Assembly: GCF_001194135.2 (NCBI RefSeq)
Contig: NC_069000.1
Span: 4,672,683-4,736,682, forward strand
Length of the DNA stretch: 64,000 bases
Origin: Octopus bimaculoides
Lineage: Eukaryota
Reading direction: 5' to 3'
The position numbers were made by a program, and so were the translations under genes. Below the pieces are notes generated by a model that worked only from the letters and a program-made list of their open reading frames with translations, was not told the DNA's origin and did not search any database. Shown piece by piece: positions 39,451-52,858 of this stretch. Numbering within the stretch: the stretch's first letter is position 1; every line of letters starts with the position of its first letter.

Positions 39451-39532
39451 TTTGCCGAAGCGGTAAGATACGGGGACGTAAACAATCCAGCATCGGTTGT
39501 CAAGCGATGTTGGAGGGACAAGCACAGACACA

Positions 39533-39540
<8 letters not shown>
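39451..39540. mobile_element. Interspersed repeat family C, terminal part leading into (CA)n
   Basis: gccgaagcggtaagatacggggacgtaaacaatccagcatcggttgtcaagcgatgttggagggacaagcacagacacac. Confidence 0.65.
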
Positions 39541-39590
<50 letters not shown>

Positions 39591-40071
39591 NNNNNNNNNN
39601 NNNNNNNNNNNNNNNNNNNNNNNNNNNNNNNNNNNNNNNNNNNNNNNNNNNNNNNNNNNNNNNNNNNNNNNNNNNNNNNNNNNNNNNNNNNNNNNNNNNN
39701 NNNNNNNNNNNNNNNNNNNNNNNNNNNNNNNNNNNNNNNNNNNNNNNNNNNNNNNNNNNNNNNNNNNNNNNNNNNNNNNNNNNNNNNNNNNNNNNNNNNN
39801 NNNNNNNNNNNNNNNNNNNNNNNNNNNNNNNNNNNNNNNNNNNNNNNNNNNNNNNNNNNNNNNNNNNNNNNNNNNNNNNNNNNNNNNNNNNNNNNNNNNN
39901 NNNNNNNNNNNNNNNNNNNNNNNNNNNNNNNNNNNNNNNNNNNNNNNNNNNNNNNNNNNNNNNNNNNNNNNNNNNNNNNNNNNNNNNNNNNNNNNNNNNN
40001 NNNNNNNNNNNNNNNNNNNNNNNACATATACACATATGTGTGTATTTAATATAAGTGTGTATATGTATATT

Positions 40072-40107
<36 letters not shown>

Positions 40108-40767
40108 CGGAAGTGAAAAGTCTTCTCAATTTATTATGTAAATACAGAAATTTCAAAAGGTCTATTTATATCTTGCTAAGGACAGTCATACTTTCTTCCA
40201 CTCTTCATTAAACCTCTTAACGTTCAAGTTGCTTAGAGGTGTGTTTCATGATATCTCACGGAAGCTAATATAAACTGCTAATATCATAGCCAAATAGGCC
40301 CAACCACACACACATAACTATACGTACGCACACACACGAGCGCGTGAATAAATATAAATATACAAACACACGCTGATAAAACACTATCTCTTACGCCTTT
40401 AGCAACATCTATAATAATATTTTTAAAAAATAGATTAACTTAAAACATTGTATTCTTAAATAAAAATTAACTCTTGTGTTGAAATAATTGCCCGCATGAC
40501 ATTCGTTTACGTTATGATATAATGGCATTATATAGGATTGGCAGTTATCTATTCATAGACTTCTCAAAGTCCTTCCTATAATGATAGTCTGCGCGCAACT
40601 AAATGGATTTCAAAGAATTATCTTGTGTGTAATTTTGGTTGTTTACCCGGTAATAATAATGGATTTGGTGGGAAGGCATTTGATTTGGAAAATATATTTG
40701 TAAAATGCCTTTATCTAACATAGTATTATTATTATAACATTTCGGCTGATGTATATATGTATGTATG

Positions 40768-40885
40768 TATGTATGTCATTGTTCAGTTTCATTTCAAGAT
40801 TTCATGCCAATAGAGAAAGAGCCGGTTTCTAACCTAGATTCAAGGTTCCTTCGTTGGAATTTTAACATCACCAACAGGATATTTT
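40768..40885. repeat. Interspersed repeat family F
   Basis: tgtcattgttcagtttcatttcaagatttcatgccaat matches 24184-24220; the ggtttctaac...gttggaat part matches about 23940-23980. Confidence 0.65.
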
Positions 40886-41172
40886 TGTTTCTATGCATGC
40901 CTATTCTACTTTCTAATTATTATAAAACTGCCAACTGTTATAGCAAAGGTTTCTGCTTCAATTTTATATGTTTTACTGTTAGTGTTGGAACAGTATTCTC
41001 TCTCAAATGCATTCCGGTTGAACTCCCTCTTTCGTTCCAATTTTTTACCAGAATTATTGTAGATCTTCTCGAGACGGAGCTTTCTTAATGGTAATATTTT
41101 CCTTCCTCATCTCTTACATTACATTACCCGGGCGTTATCTAACACCTGGTTCAGGACTCAGGATTGATATGC

Positions 41173-41326
41173 TGTTATGTCTCAAGCTACTGCTATCTAG
41201 CACCTTCGGATGATCTCAACTCAACCGCTACGCGACTGCTACTCAACTCCTCTACCGCGGCTAGACTACCTCTATTTATATATCTTGGGCTATCCTACTT
41301 ATCCGCTTGGGGGCGTCGACACAACA
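41173..41326 (-). mobile_element. Probable solo LTR, 154 bp
   Basis: TGTT...AACA termini, 9-bp terminal inverted repeat (tgttatgtc vs tgttgtgtc), near-identical 5-bp flanks TATGC/TATAC, and tatataaatag TATA-like box on the minus strand. Confidence 0.55.
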
Positions 41327-42346
41327 TATACATACAGACATGTATACATATCTGTATCTAACTATCTGTCTGTCTGTCTTTATGTATGTATGTCTCTATC
41401 TATCTATATATGTGTGTGTACCTATGTATCCATATATACATATATATGTGTGCATATATATNNNNNNNNNNNNNNATATATATATATATATATATACATA
41501 TGCAGGGGTGTATGTATATGCATTTTGCTTCTCCATCGACGGTTATAATTGAAGTCATACGGAAATATATCAGAACACGTCTTCAGTCTGCTATTATGAT
41601 ACGTAATCGCTTGTTTTAGCCACTCCGCAACACCATATGTGGTATTAAATCATGTATTTGAAAGGTAGTTCAGTGTAACAATAGTGAAAGGAGAGAGGAA
41701 AAGAAGAAATACAAGAACAACAACAAAAACAGAAACAAAAAAAGTGTGAGCTTTTCTCAATTGTTGATTAACAAGATATTTGAAATTGTGTATTAATATA
41801 CATAGCTTGCTTCGACCTTAAGTTACTGACCTAAAATGGACATATGCCAAAGCGATCTTTTCAAGCGAAACCTGTTCGAAATTTAATTATTACAATAAAT
41901 CTAGATTTAATGTCCAATCTTGAGACATGCGATTTCAGATTAGATTGCTTAAAACCAGGTTGTTAACTCGAGTTCATAATACTACCATTATAAATGTCAA
42001 ATGAAATTTCAATATGACCCAACCTAGATCGTTTGTTCTCATGAATATTCATAGAACAAGTGATCACGACAATCAATTCCTCTGAAGAATTTCTTCCTCT
42101 GTCTTAATCTGTATGGTAAATTGAATCGAAATCGCATAAATTTTAAGCCATTCTTAACCAAATTTTATAGCGTCGTCAAATTACATTATATTCTATTATA
42201 TGGCGGCGTATTATATTCTATTAAATTATATCATTATATTATTATTTTTTATTATATTATATTATATTCTAAAAGTCTATATATTGATAATTGGAGACAG
42301 AACTTACTAATAATTGATCAATATCTACATATCTATATCTATCTAT

Positions 42347-42421
<75 letters not shown>

Positions 42422-42800
42422 NNNNNNNNNNNNNNNNNNNNNNNNNNNNNNNNNNNNNNNNNNNNNNNNNNNNNNNNNNNNNNNNNNNNNNNNNNNNNNN
42501 NNNNNNNNNNNNNNNNNNNNNNNNNNNNNNNNNNNNNNNNNNNNNNNNNNNNNNNNNNNNNNNNNNNNNNNNNNNNNNNNNNNNNNNNNNNNNNNNNNNN
42601 NNNNNNNNNNNNNNNNNNNNNNNNNNNNNNNNNNNNNNNNNNNNNNNNNNNNNNNNNNNNNNNNNNNNNNNNNNNNNATATATATATATATATATACAAC
42701 AAGGGAGCAATAATTTGACAATTATTCACTAACTTTAAGTAGAGAAACAGGTGTATAGAGTGGGTATAAAGTCGCTTATACACACACACGCGTGCGCGCA

Positions 42801-43330
42801 CAAGGTGCATTCCAGAATTTTTTAGACATTATTAGGAGACGTAGTTATAAAGTCTTAGATTTTCGTCAGTTTAGTATATCGATATTCTACATCCAGCAAG
42901 CTGACCTGTCTACTCATGTCATTCCAGATTTTAGGAAACGTCTCTAACAGCGTTTGAAACACAGCCTACTGGAAACTACTTGTCACAGCTGACTAATTTA
43001 CAGATTGCAATCGGGGTGTCTGGAAGCCCTTCGTGCAGTAAAATTCTTGTTAAACTGCGGAAACTTACTATAGAGATGTAATGGAATGCTTCAGACTGTT
43101 TATGGATTCACTTATTCGTCGGCAGAAGCAATTTAAGGATTGTAGAGAGAGGAGTTGCGAGACGATGAGAGGTGTAGGTTTTTAGAAAATTGGCAATTTT
43201 CTGGATGAAGAATGTCATGGGTCTATAACGAAAATAAGATAAGCATAAAGATTGGAATCGGTGTGGTAAATTATACAGAATTATTCATAAGATCTGCGCA
43301 TGTGTAGGATTTGTGCAAAGTTTGCCTCCA
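42801..43330 (+). mobile_element. Mariner remnant: 5' end and N-terminal transposase
   Basis: Frameshifted pieces KLRK..EM..MLQTVYG, KQFKDCREELRDDERCR and IIH.DLRMCRICAKFASR resemble mariner HTH and linker motifs. Confidence 0.65.
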
Positions 43331-44032
43331 GAAGAGCGGTCAGTGACGAGAATCCTAGTAGCTATTTACTTGACGGAGATGGGCATCCATATCGCTACTC
43401 ACAGTCGTTTTCGAGATGAATGGGCCTGTGACAAAGCACGTGTGTCGGTATATGGCTGACGCCAGTGTCTTTAAATTTCGCCATTTTTCTTTGGAGATAT
43501 TTCGTATATTCGTGTTGGATTTCTTGTTTTGTACGATGACTAACTTAAGTTCATATTCGACGTTTCTCACCTTTGTAGTCTTATTTTCAAGAACTTATTA
43601 TATAACGTGGCGTCTGTATTGTTCTTAAATACCGGTCGAATTTATGTAAACTTTCACCATAGAAGGTTTTTGGAGCGTTAGATTCATCATTTAGGCTTCA
43701 CGATTGATTTCTTCCTTGGAGTCGAATTTCTTGTCCTTAGGCTTTCATGCGAGGAGTCACGTGTTAATTATTTGACGTCTGTACTCTTAGCAGCGTTTAT
43801 TAGTTTTACTAGTGTTATGAATATTGTATGTGTATGAAAACATATGCATCCATGCATACACATACACAAACAAGCACAAACACGAAAACACACAAATACA
43901 CGCACGCGCGCGCACATATGTTATTTAGTTCAGGAAATTGGCTCCACACTAGGAAATCAACTTCTTAGCAGAAAAGATTACTAAAATCACCATTACACTT
44001 CGAAACTGTATCAAGCAATTCTCATAGACTTT

Positions 44033-44097
<65 letters not shown>

Positions 44098-44162
44098 TTG
44101 TATGTATGTATATATATAAACTCACAAAGATACGTATATTGTGTAGAATTAATAATTTAAGC

Positions 44163-44380
44163 AAGGCTGTGAGCTGGCAGAATCGTTAGCAAGACGGATG
44201 AAATGCTTAGCGGCATTTCGTCTGCCGCTACTTTCTGAGTTCAAACTCCTTCGAGGTCGACTTTACTTTTCATCCTTTCGGGGTCGAAAAATTAAGTACT
44301 AGTTGCGTACTGCGGTCGATCTAATCGACTTTCCCCGTACTCCCAAAATTTCAGGCCTTGGACCTATAGTAGAAAGGATT
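44163..44380 (+). mobile_element. SINE A, full length, tail type 1
   Basis: aaggctgtgagctggcagaatcgttagc...tctgagttcaaactcc...aaaatttcaggccttggacctatagtagaaaggatt. Confidence 0.9.
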
Positions 44381-44891
44381 AATAATTTCAGCATTGCAAA
44401 ACCTGTTGTCATCGCTTAGCTTGTCCCCATTAACTGTAGGGTGATGTAAATTGTAATCTAAACAATATTTCAGAGATACTAAACTCTCACAAGACCGGGA
44501 AGGGTTATTTTATTATCTTGTAATCAAGTGGCTGTTGAATTGATTGCAATTGTTATATGGTATGCCATTATATTTACATTATTTAACCCATTTAACAAAA
44601 CGATGTTTATATGTGAAATTTCTGAAATCGAAATTGTTCAGAGCCCACACGGCGTAATTGGCAGCCGTTTAACACAGCAAGTGATTGAAGCAGTGTTTGA
44701 CTCTTATGTTATCTCTACGATCTCTTTGTCTTACGCTACTCATTTAGTTGGCTTATACTTGTATATATATATAAATTTACAAACACGCTCACACACACAC
44801 ATAATTTATGCATGTATGCAATTTATGCATGTACATACAAATAAGAATGCATACAGATATATTTCTACGTATATATACATGTATATAAGTC

Positions 44892-44998
<107 letters not shown>

Positions 44999-46100
44999 AT
45001 AAGTCTATGTATATATATATATATATTACCAAAATGTAGGTTTAATGATACATTTGCATTTATATACATGCATATATACATACTTTCATACATACATAGT
45101 ACATACATACATACAGAAAGACATAAATACATACATAGATACATACATGCATATATACATAAACACCGCGCACACATGTTCTGTATTCCTTGATCGACTT
45201 ACTGCTTGACGAGTATTCTAAAAGTAAACGATAATCGAAGCGTGTAAATCTGTCTGTGTTGAGAATAATAATGGTAAAAGCTACTTCCAGTCAACGGCAA
45301 ATCCCTTCACAAAAGGTCAGTGAGCAAAATCAATGTCTACTATTCTCAAAATTCTTGCAATTTCAGATTCGTGTTGTTGTTGCTGCTGTTGTTGTGGTAT
45401 TATAATGATAGTTACGCTGGCGAAGATACCGCTACCGCGGCTGTTATTCTGCTACGGCTGTTGTTGGTGCTGTTGTAGTGGTATACACAATCACCAGAGG
45501 GAAGCTTGTAAGAACTTTGAAGAAAGTTACCAATGATAATAGAAATGGAATAAGGAAAAATGTGAAAAGGAAATCAGTTATGCTTCAGTGGAGTTTTAGT
45601 TAAATTGTCTTCTCTTCCCACTCCTCCTCTCTAATCGTGTCCTGTTCCTGCAACCACCCCCACCTACTACCGGGAGTTGGATGGTGCGGAGTACGTGAAG
45701 TAAACATCGTTGTGAGACAAAATTGAAAATGTCAGATATATATCATCTATTGTTGTCTTTGTGTGTGTGTGTTTAGTGGGAATATTCTAAATGCGTATTA
45801 ATGTGAATGTGTGGGTGCACGCGTGTATATGTTTTGAGCTTTATATATGTATATGTGTGTGTATGTGTGCTTATATATATATATATATGTCTGTTTTGAG
45901 TTGTGTCTGTTGTGAGATGTGTATGAATGTGCAATGTTCATGTGTANNNNNNNNNNNNNNNNNNNNNNNNNNNNNNNNNNNNNNNNNNNNNNNNNNNNNN
46001 NNNNNNNNNNNNNNNNNNNNNNNNNNNNNNNNNNNNNNNNNNNNNNNNNNNNNNNNNNNNNNNNNNNNNNNNNNNNNNNNNNNNNNNNNNNNNNNNNNNN

Positions 46101-46148
<48 letters not shown>

Positions 46149-46641
46149 CGCGTATATATATATGTGCATATATGTACATACATACATATATATATGCATA
46201 TATGTATATATACACACAGATCTGTGGCGGAATGTCTATGTCTGCTTTGTGCGAGGTGTGTGTGAGTGCGCGTGTGTGTGTGAATGTGTGTATTTGTGTG
46301 TGTGCAAGGTGTAATGGTGGTATTCTCGTGTATCCTCGTGTATGTCCTTCTATGTAGGGCAGTGTATATATATGTGAGGTGTGTAAGCGGGATATAGTGT
46401 GTTTGCGTGTGTAACAATGTATACCTGTAAGCCCCTGGATATATATATGTGCTCATGTGCATATGTAAGTATATGTAATGTATGTGTGCGTGCGTGTGTG
46501 TGTGGGGGGGGGCTATATGTCGTAAGTGTGTGCATGTGAGTTGTATATGTGTGCGTATGTCAATCTGTAATGACTGTGTGTGTATATGTTCGTGTGTGTG
46601 TGTATGTATGTGTGTGCATGTGTATGTGTACACTGGTGCGT

Positions 46642-46672
<31 letters not shown>

Positions 46673-46897
46673 TTTGAATTAAAATTGCGTATATGTATGT
46701 ACGTTGTTTGTATGTTGCCCGTATATATGACTGTGTGTGTCACGGGTCAGTATACATGTGCGTGAGTACCTTGACCTCATGTGTCCAGGTATGTACGTGT
46801 TTATCTACATAAATGTGTATGCCTGTGCAAGTGTGTTTATATATATATACATGTGTGTGTGCTACTACAATTGTGTTTCATCTCTTTGTCCCTACAG

Positions 46898-46970
46898 AAT
46901 TTATTTGAGAGGAACAGCAGAAAATGAAAACCAATAATGAGTGAAATAGTCCTCCTCCTCAATAAAATCA
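46898..46970 (+). other. Candidate exon with 5' UTR and possible start codon at 46937
   Basis: tctctttgtccctacag| and TCA|gtaagt. No frame is open end to end, but ATG gives MSEIVLLLNKI and ends in phase 1. Confidence 0.4.
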
Positions 46971-49900
46971 GTAAGTGTAGAGTTGAATGCCATGATTTAT
47001 GTTACCACTGTTCCTAGGCACTATCAGCAATTCCAAGAATAACTATAGCTGAAGTAAATGATTTCGCCTCGTGCTTCAAGACATATGTACTGACAAATGA
47101 GCTAGAACCCGAAACGTCTCCTAATTTAAGAAGAGAGATCTGGCCAATAAACTCTAGTGTCATAAATATTTCATTAACGTGGCNNNNNNNNNNNNNNNNN
47201 NNNNNNNNNNNNNNNNNNNNNNNNNNNNNNNNNNNNNNNNNNNNNNNNNNNNNNNNNNNNNNNNNNNNNNNNNNNNNNNNNNNNNNNNNNNNNNNNNNNN
47301 NNNNNNNNNNNNNNNNNNNNNNNNNNNNNNNNNNNNNNNNNNNNNNNNNNNNNNNNNNNNNNNNNNNNNNNNNNNNNNNNNNNNNNNNNNNNNNNNNNNN
47401 NNNNNNNNNNNNNNNNNNNNNNNNNNNNNNNNNNNNNNNNNNNNNNNNNNNNNNNNNNNNNNNNNNNNNNNNNNNNNNNNNNNNNNNNNNNNNNNNNNNN
47501 NNNNNNNNNNNNNNNNNNNNNNNNNNNNNNNNNNNNNNNNNNNNNNNNNNNNNNNNNNNNNNNNNNNNNNNNNNNNNNNNNNNNNNNNNNNNNNNNNNNN
47601 NNNNNNNNNNNNNNNNNNNNNNNNNNNNNNNNNNNNNNNNNNNNNNNNNNNNNNNNNNNNNNNNNNNNNNNNNNNNNNNNNNNNNNNNNNNNNNNNNNNN
47701 NNNNNNNNNNNNNNNNNNNNNNNNNNNNNNNNNNNNNNNNNNNNNNNNNNNNNNNNNNNNNNNNNNNNNNNNNNNNNNNNNNNNNNNNNNNNNNNNNNNN
47801 NNNNNNNNNNNNNNNNNNNNNNNNNNNNNNNNNNNNNNNNNNNNNNNNNNNNNNNNNNNNNNNNNNNNNNNNNNNNNNNNNNNNNNNNNNNNNNNNNNNN
47901 NNNNNNNNNNNNNNNNNNNNNNNNNNNNNNNNNNNNNNNNNNNNNNNNNNNNNNNNNNNNNNNNNNNNNNNNNNNNNNNNNNNNNNNNNNNNNNNNNNNN
48001 NNNNNNNNNNNNNNNNNNNNNNNNNNNNNNNNNNNNNNNNNNNNNNNNNNNNNNNNNNNNNNNNNNNNNNNNNNNNNNNNNNNNNNNNNNNNNNNNNNNN
48101 NNNNNNNNNNNNNNNNNNNNNNNNNNNNNNNNNATATGAATGCTCCTTTACACATATATCTTCAAAGTTAAAAAAGCCTAAAATATATGGTACTAAAAAT
48201 ATCGGTACACATACGTAATATGTGTGTATGTATGTATTCGTATTTTTGTTTATATTTACAAACGAAAGAAAAGAGAACTCAATCCAAGATCTAGATTTTC
48301 GTCAGTTAGCTAAAGTCATTCCACAGAGATTCACGCGTGCGGAGAATATGCAATCATCCAATCGACAATTCACAAATTCGTATATCCCCAACGCAACAGC
48401 TGTAAACTAATTCTGTTTTATGAACGGTGGTCACGTTTTGAAATGCGTAGAAACCACGAGTTAGGATTTCTGTCTATCAACATAGTGTAAAAGGATGATC
48501 CCAGACCTGCAGTGTGATCGTCAACAAGGGTGCCATACAAGGATTCCTGATTCGGATGGGTATTTTTCGTGGTGGTTTAATAGATACCTTTTGTTAGATT
48601 TTATGGTTTACTGGTATAGTTCCGTCACACTCCAGTCCAAAACATTACAGGACCATAATTTATGGCTGGCACTTTTAATGTAGTCCTACCTACACACATA
48701 CAGCATAAAATCTTGAAATGGCCACGGGTAAGGCGACTGATTTTGCTTTGAACCTCAAAAGCCCGGCAATACATACAGGATATCGTGTGCCTTTTACTCG
48801 TTTCAATCACTGGACAGCAGCCATTCTGGAGCCCCGCTTAAGGGTTTTAATTGAACAACGTGCCCACCTCATACTTATCTTAAAGTTTGTCACTTATTCT
48901 ACCGGTGTCGTTTGTCGAATCGCTATAAGCTAAAAAAAAAAAGAACAGTAAGCATAAAAAAACACGTGCCAGGAGCAATGTTGACAAATTTCGGGACGTA
49001 TGGAAGTTTTGAGGGATACAGTGTCCTGATAGCTAACAACCGATGCCGGTATTTTATTCAATGTTTCGAGAGTTCTGAGAGTGAAAAAAAAAATGTTTAC
49101 AAAAATCATTATATGCTACGCTGTTTCTCTGAATTCATAAGTATGTCCGCGAGTCGTGGAAATATTGAATGTTAATTTATACAAAGAACGCAGCTTTTAT
49201 GATTTATAATATATATTCTGGCATTTCTCGTAAATTAAGCGTCTGCATGTTGGCTTTGTCTTTGATATTGTATAAGATTCTGCTGCAAAGTTGTTGAAAT
49301 TTTATCGTTATTTGTAACTGAGCTATTTTTTTCATCTTAAAACTTGTACTCGTTAAATTACTACGTATGAAGCGACAATTACACAGACGAGAAAAACAAC
49401 ACTTGAGACTTGCAATTTCCTTACGACCAAACAGACAAACAGACAGAGAGAGACACAGTGATACACACACATACATACACAGAGATACACACACATACAT
49501 GCACAGAGATACACACACATACAGAACACACACACACGTTTACATGCTACGGACATAAATACAAGCATACATAAACGCATATATATGTATGATGGATGTA
49601 TATATATATATATGAATAGATAAATATACATGACGAATACGTAACATAATATATACATTTATACACACACACATATATATATATATATGCGTATATTTGC
49701 AATAATATATATAGATTTATATACATACACACATATATACGTATATTTGCCATATACGTATATATATATGTATGTATATGTATAATATAGATACATACAT
49801 GTACACATACATGCACACACATACACAAGCTAATACAGGCACATACATGTGTGCATATATACGAATAATGATGAAAACAACACATATAGATAGTCTCATT

Positions 49901-50261
49901 AATGGAAGTATTATCACCGTCACATATCTATATAGATATTTCCTCTTACAAAAAAAAAAAAAAAAGAAAAGCGACAACAAAGTCAAAAACAAAAACAAAA
50001 TCAACAAGTCAGCAGACGTTGAAACTAGCGTATTTCAAACAAGTTTCCTAAATTAACCCTCTCTTCAAATACACAACTTTATGCAGTAACACCAATATCA
50101 CTCTGAAATAACACGTCTGTTTTTGACAACAATACCGAAAGTCTAATTAGATTGATGCAAATGCAGTTGGCTAAATTTACTTATGGAAAATAACTTCTTC
50201 TGAGGCAATTATGTATACTGATACTTATTGCCAAAGATATATGATTGTATATATGAGTACA

Positions 50262-50294
<33 letters not shown>

Positions 50295-50428
50295 GTATGT
50301 ATATATATATATATATATATATACATAAATATACGTTATGTTCTACATTATAAGTTGATAGATTCTAGTCTCTTTATCGGACCCTGTAATTTGTGTTATG
50401 AGTTTTGTATCATATATNNNNNNNNNNN

Positions 50429-50462
<34 letters not shown>

Positions 50463-50617
50463 TGTATATATATATATATATATATATACATAAATATACG
50501 TTATGTTCTACATTATAAGTTGATAGATTCTAGTCTCTTTATCGGACCCTGTAATTTGTGTTATGAGTTTTGTATCATATATCATACATCGTAGGTGTTT
50601 GCCTATATGCGCATGTA

Positions 50618-50676
<59 letters not shown>

Positions 50677-50754
50677 ACCTACATGTCTGTGTGGGTGTTA
50701 TGTGTGCAGCTACATAGGCATACACTTGTGCACACAATTACACATAAATACCTT

Positions 50755-50808
<54 letters not shown>

Positions 50809-50825
50809 TCTATGCGAGCGTACAA

Positions 50826-50935
50826 CTTTCTCTTTGCCTCTCTATCTACCTCCCACCCTTTCTCTTTGCCTCTCTATCTACCTCCCACCCTTTCTCTTTG
50901 CCTCTCTATCTACCTCCCACCCTTTCTCTCGCCTC
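50826..50935. repeat. 32-bp minisatellite, three perfect copies plus a partial
   Basis: Unit ctttctctttgcctctctatctacctcccacc. Confidence 0.95.
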
Positions 50936-51271
50936 CTCTATATATAGTCATGTCATGTGTGTATATCATTGCACGTCTAAGTTCTCTGTCTCCTTACTTT
51001 AAAATTTTCCATTTTCATATTTATTATTCATTTCTATACCCAGTTGTATTCTTTGAGATTTATCTTTTATATTTAATGCGTTTAATACTAAATACACGCT
51101 CGCACACAAACATGTATATAGGAAAAGGCATATTTAATGAGCTGTCTACATATATTCCTTTGTGGATTGTAGACTTACAGCTGTTTCTGATATTCATTTT
51201 GGGGTGCGTTTATTGTTCAGTTTAATCAATCGTGTATATGCATAAGTTGGACGTTTTCCAAACCATATCGG

Positions 51272-51350
51272 TAGGAAATTTCCTGTATAGCAAAATGGCC
51301 GTAAATGTATTAAATATTTACGGCCATTTTGCTGTACAGGACATTTCCTA
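51272..51350. ncRNA. Near-perfect 35-bp hairpin, candidate pre-miRNA or palindromic element remnant
   Basis: taggaaatttcctgtatagcaaaatggccgtaaat / gtattaaat / atttacggccattttgctgtacaggacatttccta. The structure is certain; expression is unproven. Confidence 0.35.
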
Positions 51351-52030
51351 AATATATCATTATGTCTAAATATATTAAATAACGAAAGCATTATGAAAAT
51401 TTGTTCATTTCTGAGTATTTCCTAATTTGCAGACGTCCAAATACAAGTCATTTATTACAGGGCACTACTTAATTAACTTAATTATTCCATTTGATTTTTT
51501 TTATTTGTTCAATTAATTTTAATTGATCATTTCCTAAATAGTGAATTCACTTTCTAGTGGGCGGTGAGTTTTTTAAAATTCTTTGTCATCATAAATGCAA
51601 TGAGAGTGTGGCTAGCATCGAGGAAATAAATGTAAAGAGTAAACTGCTGGTGGTTCTCAGTAAATATTTCAAATATTGAGTGACACAGTTAATTAATAGT
51701 GAACACAATTCAATGTTTAAAGAAACAAAATGCTAACTAAAAAATTTATAAAATATTAAATAAAAAGATACCCCCATTTCAAACGAAGGAAATTAAACCT
51801 TCAGCAATGATTGATAATTTTATCATGAAACATTAAAAGAACGTTGGAGTTTCGTTGGGTTTTAAAAATATGTTTAAAATAACGATCTACAGTTTCTGAA
51901 TTGATTGCAAAATAAAAAAGTGAAAGAGACAAAGTCGCATGTCATAAAATTTTAAAATTCATTTCCAAATATGGACATGTTACCAACTGTAAATGAAGGC
52001 ATAAATAATAACATGGACCCTCTATTGTTT

Positions 52031-52452
52031 TCTTTCTACTTAAGGCGCAAGGCCCGAAATTTTGGGGGAGGGGGCCAGTCAATTAGATCGACCCAGTACG
52101 CAACTGTTACTTAATTTATCGACGCCGAAAGGATGAAAGGCAAAGTCAACCTCTACGGAATTTGAACTCAGAACATAAAGACAGACGAAATACCGTTAAG
52201 CATTTCGCCCGGCGTGCTAACGTTTCTTATTCCTTTATTGCCCACACGGGGCTAAACAGAGGGGACAAACAAGGACAGACAAAGGGATTAAGTCGATTAT
52301 ATCGACCCTAGTGCGTAACTGGTACTTAATTTATCGACCCCGAAAGAATGAAAGGCAAAGTCGACCTCGGCGGAATTTGAACTCAGAACGTAACTGCAGA
52401 CGAAATACCGCTAAGCTTTCCACCCGGCGAACTAACATTTCTGCCAGATCAC
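52031..52452 (-). mobile_element. Complete dimeric SINE A (headed monomer, linker, headless monomer with tail 1)
   Basis: The core atcgac(g/c)ccgaaa(g/a)atgaaaggcaaagtc occurs twice, separated by the cttattcc...aggggacaaacaaggacagacaaa linker. Confidence 0.9.
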
Positions 52453-52463
52453 CATATGCCCGT

Positions 52464-52464
<1 letters not shown>

Positions 52465-52540
<76 letters not shown>
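52465..52540. repeat. (TAA)n microsatellite
   Basis: Direct reading. Confidence 0.95.
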
Positions 52541-52796
52541 TTCCAAAAAATTCATGTTGTTTCTTGAGAGAGTCATTACGCCAGTAATAATAAGACACGC
52601 ACTGGTTCAATATCACTTCTTTATTTTTAGACAACAGATTAAAGATATAAGCAAATAACTAATCGATTGTTTGCTTAAAGTGCTGGTTAAACAATTGGTT
52701 AAATATTTAACCAAATAATTAACAATAAAAGAGTTATATTCAACCAGTGCATGTGTTATTATTAGCGTAATGTTATTATTAGCGTATTGCCAGACA

Positions 52797-52858
52797 GTGA
52801 GACTGAACTCGGAACCATGTGATTGGGAAACAAGATTCTTACCGCACAGCCACGCCTG
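52797..52858 (-). mobile_element. SINE B, tRNA-like head only
   Basis: Reverse complement caggcgtggctgtgcggtaagaatcttgtttcccaatcacatggttccgagttcagtctcac has A and B boxes. Confidence 0.75.

Noticed and set aside
41175-41187. 13-mer ttatgtctcaagc shared between the solo-LTR end and the fold-back element end near 4342-4354
   Set aside because: Flanks are unrelated and the match is too short to infer common origin.
47088-47120. ctgacaaatgagctagaacccgaaacgtc, a second hammerhead-like string
   Set aside because: The core does not fit CUGANGA and no stem I can form.
50294-50582. Identical duplication of about 100 bp on both sides of a 12-N gap
   Set aside because: Typical unmerged contig overlap in a scaffold, so most likely an assembly artefact.
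51400-51720. Several TAATTA/TTAATT homeodomain-like sites as an enhancer
   Set aside because: Expected by chance at this AT content; no conservation data are available.
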